A stretch of DNA of 64,000 nucleotides from Sphaerodactylus townsendi (GCF_021028975.2 NC_059426.1:70370001-70434000), one strand, 5' to 3'. Shown: positions 51,640-64,000, numbered from the stretch's first letter. Notes: generated by a model not told the origin, from the letters alone. Made by a program: numbers and translations.

Positions 51640-52420
51640 CTTTACATCTGGGTAACTAAAGTGAGAAACACACATATTGAATGGGGGATATACTTCTGGG
51701 TAGAAGTGTGTGTCAACAAGTTCTGGGGTATGAGTGGACTGAAGCTAAATATGAGCAGCCAGTGTGATGCAGTGGCAAGAAGAGCTAATGCGATCTTGGG
51801 TGTATAAACAGAGCCCTTCGGGGGAGGGNNNNNNNNNNNNNNNNNNNNNNNNNNNNNNNNNNNNNNNNNNNNNNNNNNNNNNNNNNNNNNNNNNNNNNNN
51901 NNNNNNNNNNNNNNNNNNNNNNNNNNNNNNNNNNNNNNNNNNNNNNNNNNNNNNNNNNNNNNNNNNNNNNNNGTCCAGCTGTACATTACATTCGTCAGGC
52001 TATACCTGGAGTACTATGCGCAGTTCTGGAGGCCTCACTTCAAAAAGGATACGGACAAAATGAAGCAGAGGAGAGTAATGAGAATGATCAGACCAAGCCA
52101 TATGAAGAATGGCTGAGGGATTGCTCTCTCTGAGTATTTGAAAGACTGTCACTTAAAAAGAGCAGGGGGCTATTCATGTTGGCAGCAGAAGACAGGACTC
52201 ACAATAATGTGTTTACATTATGGGTGGAAAGGTACCAGCTGGATACTAAAGAAAAAAGTTTACAGCAAGAGTAGTTTGGCAGTGTTTGCTCATCTTTGGC
52301 TGTAATAAATGATGCTGTTCTATTCTAGTATAGCAGTGAAATAGGCTGCCTAGGGAGGTGGTAAGCTCCCCCTCATTGACAGCCTTCAAGCAGCAACTGG
52401 ATGAAGACTTATCGGGGAAG
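51640..52420 (+). mobile_element. Decayed CR1 fragment spanning a gap
   Basis: atgagcagccagtgtgatgcagtggc, ctggagtactatgcgcagttctgg, ttcaagcagcaactggat. Confidence 0.7.
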
Positions 52421-52710
52421 TCTAAATTGTTGTTTATGCTGTTTTATGTAATTATTTAACATGTATGTTAGCCACCCTGAGCCCAGCTAAGGCCAGGAAG
52501 GGCATGATATTAAATAAAAGGTTTTTGCTGTTGTTGTCATCATCTCAGCTATTCCTGCTTCTTCAATCTCTGTGGCACTGCCGCCTTTGGCTGGCACTTT
52601 GGGGAAAAGCAGTACAACCTAATACAACCTAAAAGAAAAGAGCGAAGACAAGGACTATAAAGCACTGAGAGTAACTGATAGTTATGGGCAACAACTCTGT
52701 AATTACCCAA

Positions 52711-52850
52711 GGCCTCTTCCACACATGTAGAATAAGGTACTTTCAATCCACTTTCACAATTGTTTGCAAGTGGTTTTTGCTTTTTTGTACAGTAAAATCC
52801 AGTTGCAAAGTGGATTGAAAGTGCATTATTCTGTATGTGCAGAAGGGACC
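52711..52850. mobile_element. Palindromic Harbinger-like MITE (140 bp)
   Basis: Long imperfect TIRs GGCCTCTTCCACACATGTAGAATAA / TTATTCTGTATGTGCAGAAGGGACC; 3-bp TSD CAA. Confidence 0.7.
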
Positions 52851-55415
52851 CAAGAGCCAGGCAGAAGAGACATACATCCTTTGTTGTGGCTGCCATCTTT
52901 AGGAACTGGTAGGCTATTTGCAGATTCTTTCCATGTAATGAGATGAACCTAATACACAAGTGCAGACTACAAAGCAATAACCCCTAAAAGTTACTCATAA
53001 CCATGCCAGTAACAGTGAACACATTGAACTCCCTTCTGAACTGTTATCAGCATCTGCTTTTTGTACCAGCTGTATCATCACCATTCATGAAACCATGTTT
53101 TTGTTTTTAAAAAGTGAATGTTTATATGCCATCTCAGTGAAACTGATTTCTATTCTCAAAGGTGCTGAGATTATTATACCTGCCGCTTGTGATCTGCATT
53201 ATTTAAACTGCAAATTATCCAGTTCTAGACTCTCAATATAAAGTCCCTGCTGAATAGAACAGTCTCTGAGATGTTATCTCAGCAGTCCAGTGTTTCTCAA
53301 GAATCTGTAGGTGTTATGATGAAACTCTCATTTTTACATCTTCTCCATCCTATTAGTGGAAATTGCACCAGGAGCAGAGGATTGGACAAATAGAAGAGTT
53401 TCAACTTCATACTCGCTCTGTCTAATGAATCAAAAATATTAAACAAGTATTTCTAAATAATCAGAAGAGCAAAAGGTGATAGGAGACCACAGAAAATATG
53501 GGTAGGTTAAAGAACATTTCTAGTTTTTACGTTAACTCCCCTTTACTATAGATGACCCCCATTTGTGGGGTGCCCAAGTGCACCTATTTCTTTTTCCTTT
53601 CATCTCTTTCTTGAAAAATCAGGTGAACAGTGGAAGGTGAAAATTCTTTGCTCATTTCTGCTTTCCTTTACATCCCTTTCACGCCTCTTATATTCAACTG
53701 GCCCAAGTGAGTATATCCAAAATATTTTAAGTATATGAAGGTCTCATCACAAAGATTTGGAGTACCATTTTATGTGGAAAAGATGTGCCAGTGTTGGGGA
53801 AAAAAACATAATCCATGGAAGCAGGAAGGGTGGCTGTCTTTCCATGCAAATGTAGACAGATTTGATAATCATGACATCTCTCAAGAGAACTTGGAAATTC
53901 GAGCTCTGTGTGGTATATCTTAAAGAGAATTCATGAAGCCTCACAAGCAAGGCTGCCAAGGAGGAAATAAGAGGACAATATTCTAGAAGCCCAGAATAAT
54001 GTGAGACTCAAGGCAAAGAATGTGATTGGCTCTCATGTGAAGTGTAGGGTGGGGGGGGGAGGAATTTTATTCCAGGTGCCCATGGCAGATCTGTGTAGTT
54101 CAAGAAGTTACACTACCCACAATCTTTTGAAAGAAACTGACTATTTTTAGGGGGGGGGGGGGTTAACGACTGTGAAATAATTATTCATGGTTCTTGCTCA
54201 GAAGTGGTGTAAGTTGATTTTTTAAAAGCCTACGCAGAAGAGATAAAATATATGATTTTGTTCAAGTTAAAGAAGATATTCAATATTACTGAGCAATAGA
54301 CAACAATATTAAATATTGTTATCTTTTGTGGGACTCAAGCAATTAATCAGGAAACCAGAATGGATTCTAACACCTTCTTCAAAAGGAAAGAATTACTTTA
54401 TTAAACATTTTAATTTGAACCATTAAGATGTTTTTATAATGCATTTAGGCAATGTAAAGGCTTAGTGATCAATTTCTCTTTACAAATCTGTCAGTCTTAT
54501 GTAAAATTATGCCAGTCAATTAATTTCAGTGGGTTTAAACAGGAGTAACTCTATGCAGGATTGCACTGTTTGCTCAATGGAATAACTTGCCATAATGAAA
54601 TCTGTAAATTCTGTCTTAAACAGCTGAGCACACAAATATTTTCTCTAATGAGAGTGCAAAAAAGAAGTTCAAGGTCTGAAAGTCAGTTATTAATACTTAA
54701 TATTCATAAAGCACTTGAAAAACAAGGGGCTGTTTCCTATGAAATTACATGGAACCTTTCACTGGTGCAAGAGGCTCTTCTGCCAGCACCAGGCTACTTA
54801 TCCAGAAAGAAGGCTGTGTTATCAGTGGGAATGCTCTGTAGGTTCCAATCCAAAGTACTACACAGGAATATTTTAGACAATTTTCTCTTGTAGTGTTTAG
54901 CAATACTGTTATCAATGTTTATCACATTTATCTTGGTGTAGGGGTTGTGTGCAGTTGTACCCCGCCCCATTAAAACTTCCTTTATAAACATCAGTTACAG
55001 TATGAAGAAGCAGAATTCTGGATTTGTTTTTAGATGCTTGAGGAAGCTCTAACAGTACCAGATGCAAATAAAATATCCTGGTTTTGGCCACTGGCACTGA
55101 CTGTGGATGTTCAGTCCTGATTTTATATTACGTATTCTGTGATTTAGTCATTTAACACATAGTAACACATAGTAAAGTTATCTTCTGAAGAAATTCATCA
55201 CATGATAGGGAATCAGTAGTCATACTTCAATCTGTTAAATATTTAGAATACATGTAAGAATCTCTACAATGGGGAACAGAAATGTTGTGATGTGTGTGCC
55301 ATAGCTGTTTTATACAGTAATAACCACTAAGTAACCAAAAAACATTGGCTGTTTCCGCACAGCCAGATTTGTGGGGCTGCATTGGCATGATTCATGTTGA
55401 TGCAAGCCCTGGGGC

Positions 55416-56385
55416 CACTGGCGTAATGCCCATTGGGCAATGTGGGCAGCTGCCCAGGGCATCACCTTGTGGGGGGCATCAAAATGCTGGGTTCATTTTT
55501 GGGTATTTTAGTGGTTTTCCATTTTTGGCCTGCAGGGGGCGCGGTTTTTAGGCTAGTGGCACCAAAATTTCAGTGTATCATCAGGAGACTGTCCTTATGC
55601 TACCCCCCAAGTTTGGTTCAGGGAGTCCAAAGATATGGACTCCCAAAGGTTTGGTTCAGGGAGTCCAAAGATATGGACTCCCAAAGGGGGTGCCCCTATC
55701 CCCCATTGTTTCCAATGGGAGCTAATAGGAGATGGGGGATACAGTTTTGAGGGTCCATAACTTGGGCCCTCCTGAACCAAACTTCACCAAACTTGGGGGG
55801 TATCATTAGGGCAGTCTCCTGATGAGACCCTGAAAGTTTTGAGACTGTGCCTTCAGAAATGTGCCCCCCACAGCCTGCAACCCCCATTGACAGCAATGCA
55901 GAAAACTCAATGCAGAACAAAGATTCTTGGGCAAATTTCTAGGATGTTCCTGCACAGGGTGCATTTTTGGATGTATCGGCACCAAAATTTCTGGGTATCA
56001 TCTGGAGATGATGGCACCCCCCAAGGTTTGGTGCAGTTTGGTTCAGGGGGGCCAAAGTTATGGACCCTCAAAACTGTAGCCCCCATCTCCTATTAGCTCC
56101 CATTGGAAACAATGGGGGATGGGGCACCCCCTTTGGGAGTCCATAACGTTGGACTCCTTAAACCAAACCTCACCAAACTTGGGGAGTAGCATAAGGACAG
56201 TCTCCTGATGATATGCTGAAATTTCGGTGCTGATATGTCTAAAAATGCACCCCCTGCAGGCACCAATGTCCTGGTGCAAAAAAAATTGGTCGTGGTGGAG
56301 TGGCCGCCCATGGGGGGGCGGGGGCATCCAACTCAGGTTTTGCCCAGGGCTACAGTTTGCCCAGGGCTGCCTCGTTATGCCCCTG
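55416..56385 (-). mobile_element. hAT MITE, same family as 22994-24090, opposite orientation
   Basis: TIRs CACTGGCGTAA / TTATGCCCCTG; perfect 8-bp TSD CCTGGGGC. Confidence 0.92.
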
Positions 56386-56770
56386 CCTGGGGCTGTTCAC
56401 ATGGATAATTTGGCCCTCATCCGGGTCATGCGCCAGCTGGCAGGAGCCGAGTGGCCTACTGTGCAGCCACACAGCCCCCCACACAGCTTCTTACCTTCTT
56501 CCTGGCTTCCATCGCTCTGAGGAGGCCAGGGGACACGCCCCCATGGCCAGGAAGCGCACCCGGCTTGGAAACAATGGGAGGCCAGGAAGGCGTCAATCCT
56601 CCTGGCCATTCCTCAGAGTGACGGAAGAATGGCAGGAGAATCAGTAAGAAGCTGTTTAAGCAGAAGAATATGCTGTACGGCTTCCACCCCTGCCCGTTAA
56701 ACAGAGGCAATGGGTGGAAGCCGGTGTATTCCAAAAACAGTGTCTTTCCAAAACAGTAAACAATATTTAT

Positions 56771-56868
56771 TTGATCCTCTGAAGATGCCAGCCACAGATG
56801 CAGGCAAAACGTCAGGAGAGAATGCTGCTAGAACACGGCCATACAGCCCGGAAACCACACAGCACCCA
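56771..56868 (+). mobile_element. Penelope-like insertion with a mutated hammerhead (GAAA to AAAA)
   Basis: TCCT-CTGAAGA...GCAGGC-AAAACGTC-AGGA; direct repeat AATATTTAT on both sides. Confidence 0.8.
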
Positions 56869-58175
56869 AATATTTATACTGTATTACAAAAATGGTGTTT
56901 AAAAGCGGCGTCTTCACGCTGCGGGGGAGGGGGGAGTGAGGACGGCACTGCTGTGATGCAGCAGTGCCTCCTGTGTGAACAGCACCCCAGGGACAGTGTT
57001 TTTTCCGTCCCCAGGGCACTGTTTTTTGGCCATGCGGAAACGGCCATAGAGAACTCTCCTAATAACTACAGGGCAAACTACATGTGAATTTGGGGACGAT
57101 TATGCACAAGATTTCTGATGCGCAATGGGGGCAAATGTCTATCACAGCAAGATTTCTTGTATGGATGTATTTCCTCAAGCCCTGCTTTTACTTTCCATTC
57201 TCTCCACAAGTGAGACCTCTTCCAGTGTGGTTTTTAATTTGCTTCACCGCCAGAGCAGGCAGATTTGCCAGTGAGCCCAAGTTTGCCCCAGACTCGCCAG
57301 CTTGCCTGGCTCCACCCTTCCCACTCCACTCCCTCACACTGCTCTCCCCTTTCCCCTTGCTCCCCCATCTATGTTGCCAGCTCTTTCCTGCTTCTCTAGA
57401 TGCTCATATTTCTCTAGATGCTCATATTTATATCAATATAATAATAACAGAGGAATTTCCCAAGAAACAGTACAACCCTCCACCCCACCTCCCCTGGTCT
57501 GCTTCTGCCCTCCCCAATGATCAAGAGGGCTTCCTAAAACTTCATTTCAAACAAGCCTTTTATTTTAAAACAATCCTATCTCATTTCTTCTCAGCAGTGG
57601 CAGGAAGAAGGAGAGAGAGAGAGAATGTGTGTGTCTGGAGGGGGAGGGAGGGGAAGAGAATATCAGCTCTATCACATTGTCCTCTTCTTCAGATGCATGT
57701 GGTCCAGGCTTTGTCTCTTTCTTTTGGGGGAGGGTATTTTTTTGAACGTTATATTGATATAACTGCAATTTAAACAAAGCCCTTTATCTTGCAACTATTG
57801 GGTGTGATAAAATTGGTGCCATTAAAAGGGAGGTGATGGGCAGATTAAGAGAACCAGGAAAGCAGCTGTGGTTCAGGCACTGGACTGCCTCCTCGTGTGT
57901 AAATGTGAGAAGCCCATACTATAGCCCCACTGGTGTTGGGGAAAGAGTGTGTTAACTCCCCTTCTCAGCAAAATGTTTTTCAACAGATTGAAATTGACTC
58001 TTAAACCTGTTTTCAGTCCTAGTGGAGAAAAAAGACACACAATACTAGTACATATCTGTTTTCTCTATCGAGGGTAAAACAGTCCAGAGGGAATTTTCAG
58101 TCAGGGAAACAGCTTAGGGTAAGAGTAGTAATTTTTTAAATAAAAAACCTTCACTAGTGCCACAGCCCAATCTAT

Positions 58176-58641
58176 GGCCCTTTCCGCACGGGCCATTAAC
58201 AGTGCCCTGCAGATGGCAAAAATGCCGTCCCCAGGGAGCTGTTCGCAAAGGGGGTGCAGCTGCTGTGCAGCCGCACCGCCCTCGCGCCTCCCGAGCGGTG
58301 CGAAGCCGCCATTTTCCGACCTCGCTTCCCCAGTGAGGTTTATGGAAAATGGCAGCTTCGAGCCGCTACCGTGTGAACGACAGCAGCTCAAAGGCGCCCT
58401 CCCTCCCCCTTTCAACTGTTGACCTACCATCGCCACGGTCGTTGCTGAGGCCTGGGGACATGCCCCCCCCCCGCCCTGCGGACGGCCGCGGCAACGGTAG
58501 GTTGACCGGGCGACGGCGCTCTGCGGCGCCGTCTTCCCGGTTGTTTCTGGGACCGTTCGTGCGAACGGTCCCAGGGGGGTTGGGTTGGGTTGGCGTCGTG
58601 TACGCCGACCCAACCCCAATCGTGGCCATGCGGAAACGGCC
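58176..58641. mobile_element. CpG-rich Harbinger-like MITE
   Basis: TIRs GGCCCTTTCCGCAC / TGCGGAAACGGCC; 3-bp TSD TAT; related to 60548-60974. Confidence 0.82.
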
Positions 58642-59069
58642 TATGTCTTCCATCACACTTCTTAGATGCTTTCTAAGAGCCAGAAATCACAATGGGAGTT
58701 CCACTCATGAAACATCAGCACTATGTGAACATTCATCCTAAAGGCCTACGGCATTAGTATTTTTGTTGGGTTTTACATGCAGTTGTACTGACATTTACTT
58801 ACCACATTACAATTGCCATTATGTAATTCTTAAAAAGATTTACCATGTCCAGTTTATAAAAACATAAAAGGGAACTGTATGCTGCACCTTCTTCAGATCA
58901 TCTGGGCAAGATCTATAAAATCCTTAGACCTTGAAGTTGTTAATCTTTTCCCCATTATTAAGGAGAGATGGCACACAGGCTTCAATCAGATCTCTACAGA
59001 AATGGGGAACAACTGAGAATATATTAACTGGGTTTTTTTTCTCTCTTGTTAGTGGAAGAAGATGTGGCA

Positions 59070-60005
59070 ATGGAAAACCATTCTACAATTCAAGAATTTA
59101 TTTTTGCTGGATTTGCTGAATCATCAAACCTGCAGATTCCTCTCTTTGCATTTTTCCTCACCATATACATTATCACTTTGACTGGAAATCTAGGGATGAT
59201 TCTTTTAATAAGAATGAATTCTCAGTTACACACCCCCATGTATTTCTTCCTTAGTAATTTGTCCTTTGTAGATGTCTGCTACTCCACAGTTGTCACACCC
59301 AAGATGCTGATGGACTTTATTATAAAGAGGAATGCTATTTCATTGACTGGTTGTGCTGTACAAATGTGGTTTTTTGGTCTCTTTTTAGCCACTGAGTGTT
59401 TCCTCTTGGCTTCTATGGCATATGACAGATACATGGCTATTTCTAATCCACTGCTCTATACAGTCATTATGTCACGACGAGTTTGTGTACAATTAGTGGT
59501 CACCCCTTATCTAGTTGGAGTGTTGAATGCCACAACACATACAACTTTAACTTTTCAGTTGTCATTCTGCAATCACTACATAATCAACCATTTCTTCTGT
59601 GATATACCTGCAGTCATCTCAGTGTCCTGTTCAGACACCCAACTGAACAATATGGTGCTTTTTGGTCTATCTTGCACGTTGGGCATTGGGAGCACCTCTA
59701 TTATTATTGTCTCCTACATCTATATTCTCACTGCCATTCTCAGAATCCACTCCAGTACAGGCAGGCACAAAGCCTTCTCCACCTGCTCCACCCACCTCAC
59801 GGTTGTGACTATCTTTTATGGGACTCTCTTTTTTACGTATGTGCGTCCCAGCTCCAGCTCATCAATGCAGGAGGACAAGATGGTCTCCATGCTCTACACA
59901 GTGATGATCCCCATGCTCAACCCTTTGATATATAGCCTGAGGAACAAAGAAGTGAAAGATGCAGTGAGGAGAGTGTTCAGAGGGGGGAAGCTCACTCTAG
60001 CATAG
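59070..60005 (+). CDS. Olfactory receptor, OR5/8/9-like, intact (311 aa from MENHS)
   Basis: [45 protein letters not shown]; ATG at 59070 after the acceptor ctctcttgttag (59052). Confidence 0.96.
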   Translation: MENHSTIQEFIFAGFAESSNLQIPLFAFFLTIYIITLTGNLGMILLIRMNSQLHTPMYFFLSNLSFVDVCYSTVVTPKMLMDFIIKRNAISLTGCAVQMWFFGLFLATECFLLASMAYDRYMAISNPLLYTVIMSRRVCVQLVVTPYLVGVLNATTHTTLTFQLSFCNHYIINHFFCDIPAVISVSCSDTQLNNMVLFGLSCTLGIGSTSIIIVSYIYILTAILRIHSSTGRHKAFSTCSTHLTVVTIFYGTLFFTYVRPSSSSSMQEDKMVSMLYTVMIPMLNPLIYSLRNKEVKDAVRRVFRGGKLTLA

Positions 60006-60547
60006 AAAAAAGTGCACTGTTTTTGATCCTTTCCTGATGGACCATAACAAACCTTGAGTAAAACAATAATGGATCCTTTCAACAATTTTAATATGTTAAT
60101 TTTAGGGAGCATTAGGCAAGCACTTTTTTATGATATAACTGCATAGGACATTTTTTTCAAAAGCGAGAATATTATTTCTATTATTTCATATTATGGTATA
60201 GATTGGGGGGTTTAGATTATGAATATAATAGTATATGTGTCTGTCATTAAATAATTCATCAACGCATGGAGGTATATGAGTGAGAATGCATCCACAAGCT
60301 CTGAAAAAGTTGTGTTGGACCTTATATGCTCTGACCTGACATTAGTGTACCTGTTCTGTCATTCAACTCCAGTAGCACCTCGGTGGTGCTGGAAAGTGCC
60401 ATCATGTCACAATGGACTTATGGTGAACCCATATGGTTTTCAAAGCAAGACATATTCAGAGGTGGTTTGCCAGTGCCTGCCTCCAAGCAGCACCTTAGAG
60501 ACCACAACATTTTGGGAGTATCAGCTTTCAAGGGTAAAGCTCTCTTA

Positions 60548-60974
60548 GGCCCTGTCCGCACGGGCGGTTAATGGCGCCCTGGGGACGGCAAAAACGTCGT
60601 CCCCAGGGAGCCAGCCATGCAGCCGCGCCACCCTTGTGCCGACTGACTAGCGCGAAGCCACCGTTTTCCGGCCTCGCTCCCCCTCCCACCCTGCACTTAC
60701 CTTGTCCCCGGCCGTCCGGCACGTCGCCGAGGCCTGGGGACACGCCCCCCTACCCTGCGACGCTGGAGCAGTCATGCAGGGCCGGGGAGGCGTGTCTCCA
60801 GGCCTCGGCGACGTGCCGGACGGCCGGGGACATGCTGGGTTGGCAGGGCGACGGCGCTCCATGGCACCGTCGTCCCGGCTGTTTCTGGGACAGTTCATGC
60901 CAACGGTCCCAGGGGGGTTGGGTCGGCGTGGGATGCGCCGACCCAACCCCCAACGATGCCGTGCGGAAACGGCC
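60548..60974. mobile_element. CpG-rich Harbinger-like MITE with an internal palindrome
   Basis: TIRs GGCCCTGTCCGCACGG / CCGTGCGGAAACGGCC; internal inverted arms about 60703-60750 and 60783-60833. Confidence 0.82.
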
Positions 60975-61177
60975 ATAGGTATCTGAATGCCCCAGAAATC
61001 TTGTTGCTCTCTAAGGAGCTACTGGACTTGAAACTAGTTGTTCTACTTCACACCAACACAGCTACCTTCTGAAGCTATTATGTTCTAAAGTGGGTCTCAG
61101 CATAAAGAGTCAGACATGTTCTTTGGATAGCACATTCACCTCAGATCATTATAAGTCATCCTGATGGTGACCTGAAA

Positions 61178-61489
61178 CAGAGGTTCCCAACCACTTTAAG
61201 CCTGTCGGAACCGTGAGAATTCTGAAACAGAATGGTGGGTGAAGGAACAAAAGTAAGGTTTTTTAACACACTGGGAAACATGACAGAGAATGAAACACTA
61301 TGGTGGCAGCTCATGGTAAAACTATGTTATTTTAATCTGCATAGCCAATCAGATCCCCACTACAAATTAAAAGTCCTGCTGGCAATAGCCCCACCTGGTC
61401 ACACCCACTTTCTAAAAATACTTGGCAGGCTCCAGAACAGGTGCTGGAGAGTGCCATGGTACCTACAGGCACCATTCTGGTGATCCTTG
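61178..61489. mobile_element. Old hAT MITE
   Basis: CAGAGGTTCCCAA left end, degenerate right end TGGTGATCCTTG; partial TSD ACCT. Confidence 0.55.
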
Positions 61490-61866
61490 ACCTAGGGGAT
61501 TACTGTCACTGCCAGGAAATTTTACCTTGACAAGCCATTCTAGCAACTTCAGAAAGTGTATCCATATGAGAACCCCTAAGTAGAGAAGCTAACAAATTTT
61601 ACATGAAGCCATGTTTCATGGAATAGTCCCACTGACTCACAAGAGCCATTCTATTTTGACTCTCCAAGGTGTCAAGGTACAAAGAAGTTTCTCAAGTCTC
61701 TACCTGGCAATGAGATGAACTCCCGAGTGTGCCTGACTCTCAGAATTATTTTCTCTTGCTTTTCTTTTGGTATACTGCCACCATCTGGTCAGTTTCAGAA
61801 ATTCCTGCCAAAAGAGTCAGCAGTCCTAGCTTTCCTTCTACATTTTCATATAAAGGCTCCTCCTAG

Positions 61867-61986
61867 TGGTTGTTGTGGGCTTTCCGGGCTGTGTGGCCAT
61901 GGTCTGGTAGATCTTGTTCCTAATGGTTCGCCTACATCTGTGACTGGCATCTTCAGAGGTGTATCATATAGAGAAGTTCTCTCTGT
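61867..61986 (-). mobile_element. Penelope-like fragment with a degenerate hammerhead
   Basis: Reverse complement of the 11510-11625 sequence. Confidence 0.75.
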
Positions 61987-62311
61987 TGAGTCCAGTAGTG
62001 AAAGCTCTTCCTAGTGCCCATGTCTCCCACTACCTGGTGACTGGTTACCAAGGGGGCAGCTTACCACACTTGCACACCCCAGCAAAAAAGTGATCTAGAA
62101 GCCAACTTCCTCACTTCCTCCGAGTCTGCTTTAGATAGCATATTTGAAAAGTGGAGGCCTGCGTGGTGCACAGAGCAGCTACCAACATTTAAAATATAAA
62201 GATTTATTGAAAAAGCCACTCATATACTCTGCACAGCCAGAGTAGCAAGGAATACAAATAAAAGACAGTCCTCTCTCCCTCGGCCCTACATGGCCCTACA
62301 CAGGTTTTTAT

Positions 62312-62574
62312 GTACCCATGTTTCCCCAAAAATAAGACAGGGTCTTATATTAATTTTTGCTCCAAAAGATGCATTAGGGCTTATTTTCAGAGGATGTCTT
62401 ATTTTTCCCCCATGATTTTGTGTCCCGCAGCTGACCAGATCAGCTGCACCAAGGAATCTGTAACTAGGGCTTATTTTTGGAGTAGGGCTTATATTTCAAG
62501 CATCCTCCAAAAATCCCAAAAAATCATGCTAGGGCTTATTTTCAGGGTAGGTCTTATTTCGGGGAAACAGGTAG
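62312..62574. mobile_element. Tc1/mariner (Tigger-like) MITE
   Basis: TA-CCCATGTTTCCCCAAAAATAAGAC / GTCTTATTTCGGGGAAACAGG-TA; internal TAGGGCTTATTT repeats. Confidence 0.8.
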
Positions 62575-62649
62575 TATCTACAGGGGGGGAAAGATATTTT
62601 GACTGGGTTTTCTCAAGCCATTAGAAAGTCAGAAATTATTGCATGAATT

Positions 62650-62832
62650 GGGGTGCTGTGTGGTTTCCGGGCTGTATGGCTGTGTTCTAGCAGCATTCTC
62701 TCCTGATCCTCTGAAGATGCCAGCCACAGATGCAGGCGAAACGTCAGGAGAGAATGCTGCTAGAACACGGCCATACAGCCCGGAAACCACACAGCACCCC
62801 AGTGATTCCGGACGTGAAAGCCTTCGACAATA
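62650..62832 (+). mobile_element. Penelope-like insertion with a 57-bp inverted arm
   Basis: 13-bp TSD TATTGCATGAATT (62637-62649 and 62833-62845); 62650-62706 is the reverse complement of 62744-62800. Confidence 0.88.
62707..62749 (+). ncRNA. Minimal type I hammerhead ribozyme motif
   Basis: Stem I TCCT/AGGA, core CTGAAGA, stem II GCCAGC/GCAGGC, GAAA, palindromic ACGT stem III, cleavage triplet GUC (after 62745). Confidence 0.8.
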
Positions 62833-63384
62833 TATTGCATGAATTCCTTGACCAGGAGCTCCATCCAAAGGGGGAGGTGAATCCGCTTCAGGGAGCAGTG
62901 CACCACCATGCCAGCCCATTCACCCTCCCCAGGACACTTATCCTGGCAGAGGGATGCCATCATCCCCCAGTGCTGGAACAATGCACTGAATGCCATGGCA
63001 GCATCGCAGCGCTCCCACCACAATAGCGGGGCCAGACTCTAAGTACACTGAAATAATAGTTTAATTTTAAAAAAACTTCTGGAACAAAAAGAAGGTAGAT
63101 ACCTGCCTCATCTGTGGATGGCCTGTTTTGCGGCTTTCAACATTCAAACAGGAGCCAGCATTTTCCAAACAGCTATATTAGATAGTAAACTGAACTAAAT
63201 CTAATTGTTTAAAATTATTATTCTGTTGCTCCCTGGGTGCAGACTTAATGGAGCCTTTTCCCCCAAATCTCCTTTTTTGTTCTTTAAATAGAAATAAAAT
63301 GATATCTTAAAGGGAAAGTAACACAGTTTTTTACCCATTGTTTGCAGGAGTGATGCAGAAAAGCCTGCCCCAGTTCTTTTATCC

Positions 63385-63655
63385 AGCAGAGGAGGAGGAG
63401 GAGGAGGAGGAGGATTAGTTTGGATTTATACCCCACCTTTCTCTCCTGTAAGGAGACTCAAGGTGGCTTACAAGCTCCTTTCCGTTCCTCTCCCCACAAC
63501 AGATACCTTGTGACGTAGGTGGGACTGAGAGAGTTCTGAAGAACTGTGACTAGCCCAAGGAATGTAGGAGTGTGGAAACACATCTGGTTCACCAGATAAG
63601 CCTCTGCCACTTAGGTGGGGAATCAAACCCTGTTCTCCAGATTAGAATCCACATG
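63385..63655 (-). mobile_element. Squam3-like SINE
   Basis: (GGA)n then tttggatttatacccc...ctccagattagaatccac. Confidence 0.85.
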
Positions 63656-64000
63656 TAAGAAACAATGTCCACAGAGAGGAAAAGGCCAATTATACACTGG
63701 TGCTCTGCCCCACAGGAACTGTACATTTATTTTGCAGCAGAAGCCACACGATTCCCGAGAGCAGGCAAACCCCGATATTTTCCTTTGCTTCAGGGTTTCC
63801 ACTTTTTCTGGTCTTCCCTTCACACTCCCCACAGGCATTCCCAGGGGACTGATAACCGGCTTTTTTAAAACAAAAAATTAATATTAAGGTCCCATCACAA
63901 TAGTGATGTGAGGAATATCGATATAGCCCTGTTTGTGCACTCCCAACTCTTCTTCCCTCCCCCTTTCCCATCCTCCAAGTTCCTAATGCTTTCTTGGGTG

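Larger units (their letters stand above)
55347..57045. mobile_element. Harbinger-like element hosting a hAT MITE and a Penelope-like insertion
   Basis: TIRs GGCTGTTTCCGCA / TGCGGAAACGGCC. Confidence 0.7.

Noticed and set aside
57084-57773. 229-aa plus-strand ORF
   Set aside because: Non-ATG start, low-complexity and tandem content, no protein motif.
60510-61080. Second hammerhead-type Penelope remnant around the 60548 MITE
   Set aside because: Only partial motifs (agctttc...ctctctt and aatcttgttg...gctactggac) remain; the core is disrupted, so no ribozyme is called.

Overview
Vertebrate genomic DNA, most likely from a squamate and probably a gecko (inferred from the MIR-type SINE with (CTT)n tails, BovB, L2, CR1 and Penelope-like repeats). 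It has three assembly gaps (586-719, 18472-18814, 51829-51972). The window is part of an olfactory receptor (OR) cluster of class II, OR5/8/9-like type. It holds six intact single-exon OR coding regions plus the 3' end of a seventh at the left edge. Three minus-strand ORs (about 13.8, 21.8 and 36.5 kb) are recent tandem paralogs duplicated together with 3-4 kb of upstream DNA. That upstream DNA keeps conserved splice sites for non-coding 5' exons and shows signs of gene conversion. The intergenic DNA is dense with often nested transposons: hAT, Harbinger-like and Tc1/mariner MITEs, SINEs, L1/L2/CR1/BovB/RTE-X fragments, two solo LTRs and short Penelope-like insertions. The most interesting observations are (i) an intact minimal hammerhead ribozyme in a Penelope-like hairpin whose inverted arm ends at the predicted cleavage site, (ii) two different solo LTRs, each with an open acidic/RRSxRL-like frame in U3, inserted near equivalent positions upstream of two paralogous ORs and pointing at them, (iii) conversion-like mosaicism among the OR duplicons, and (iv) a scrambled, inverted L2 complex. 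No clearly novel protein-coding system is evident. Repeat family names come from motif recognition, not database searches, and many boundaries are approximate.
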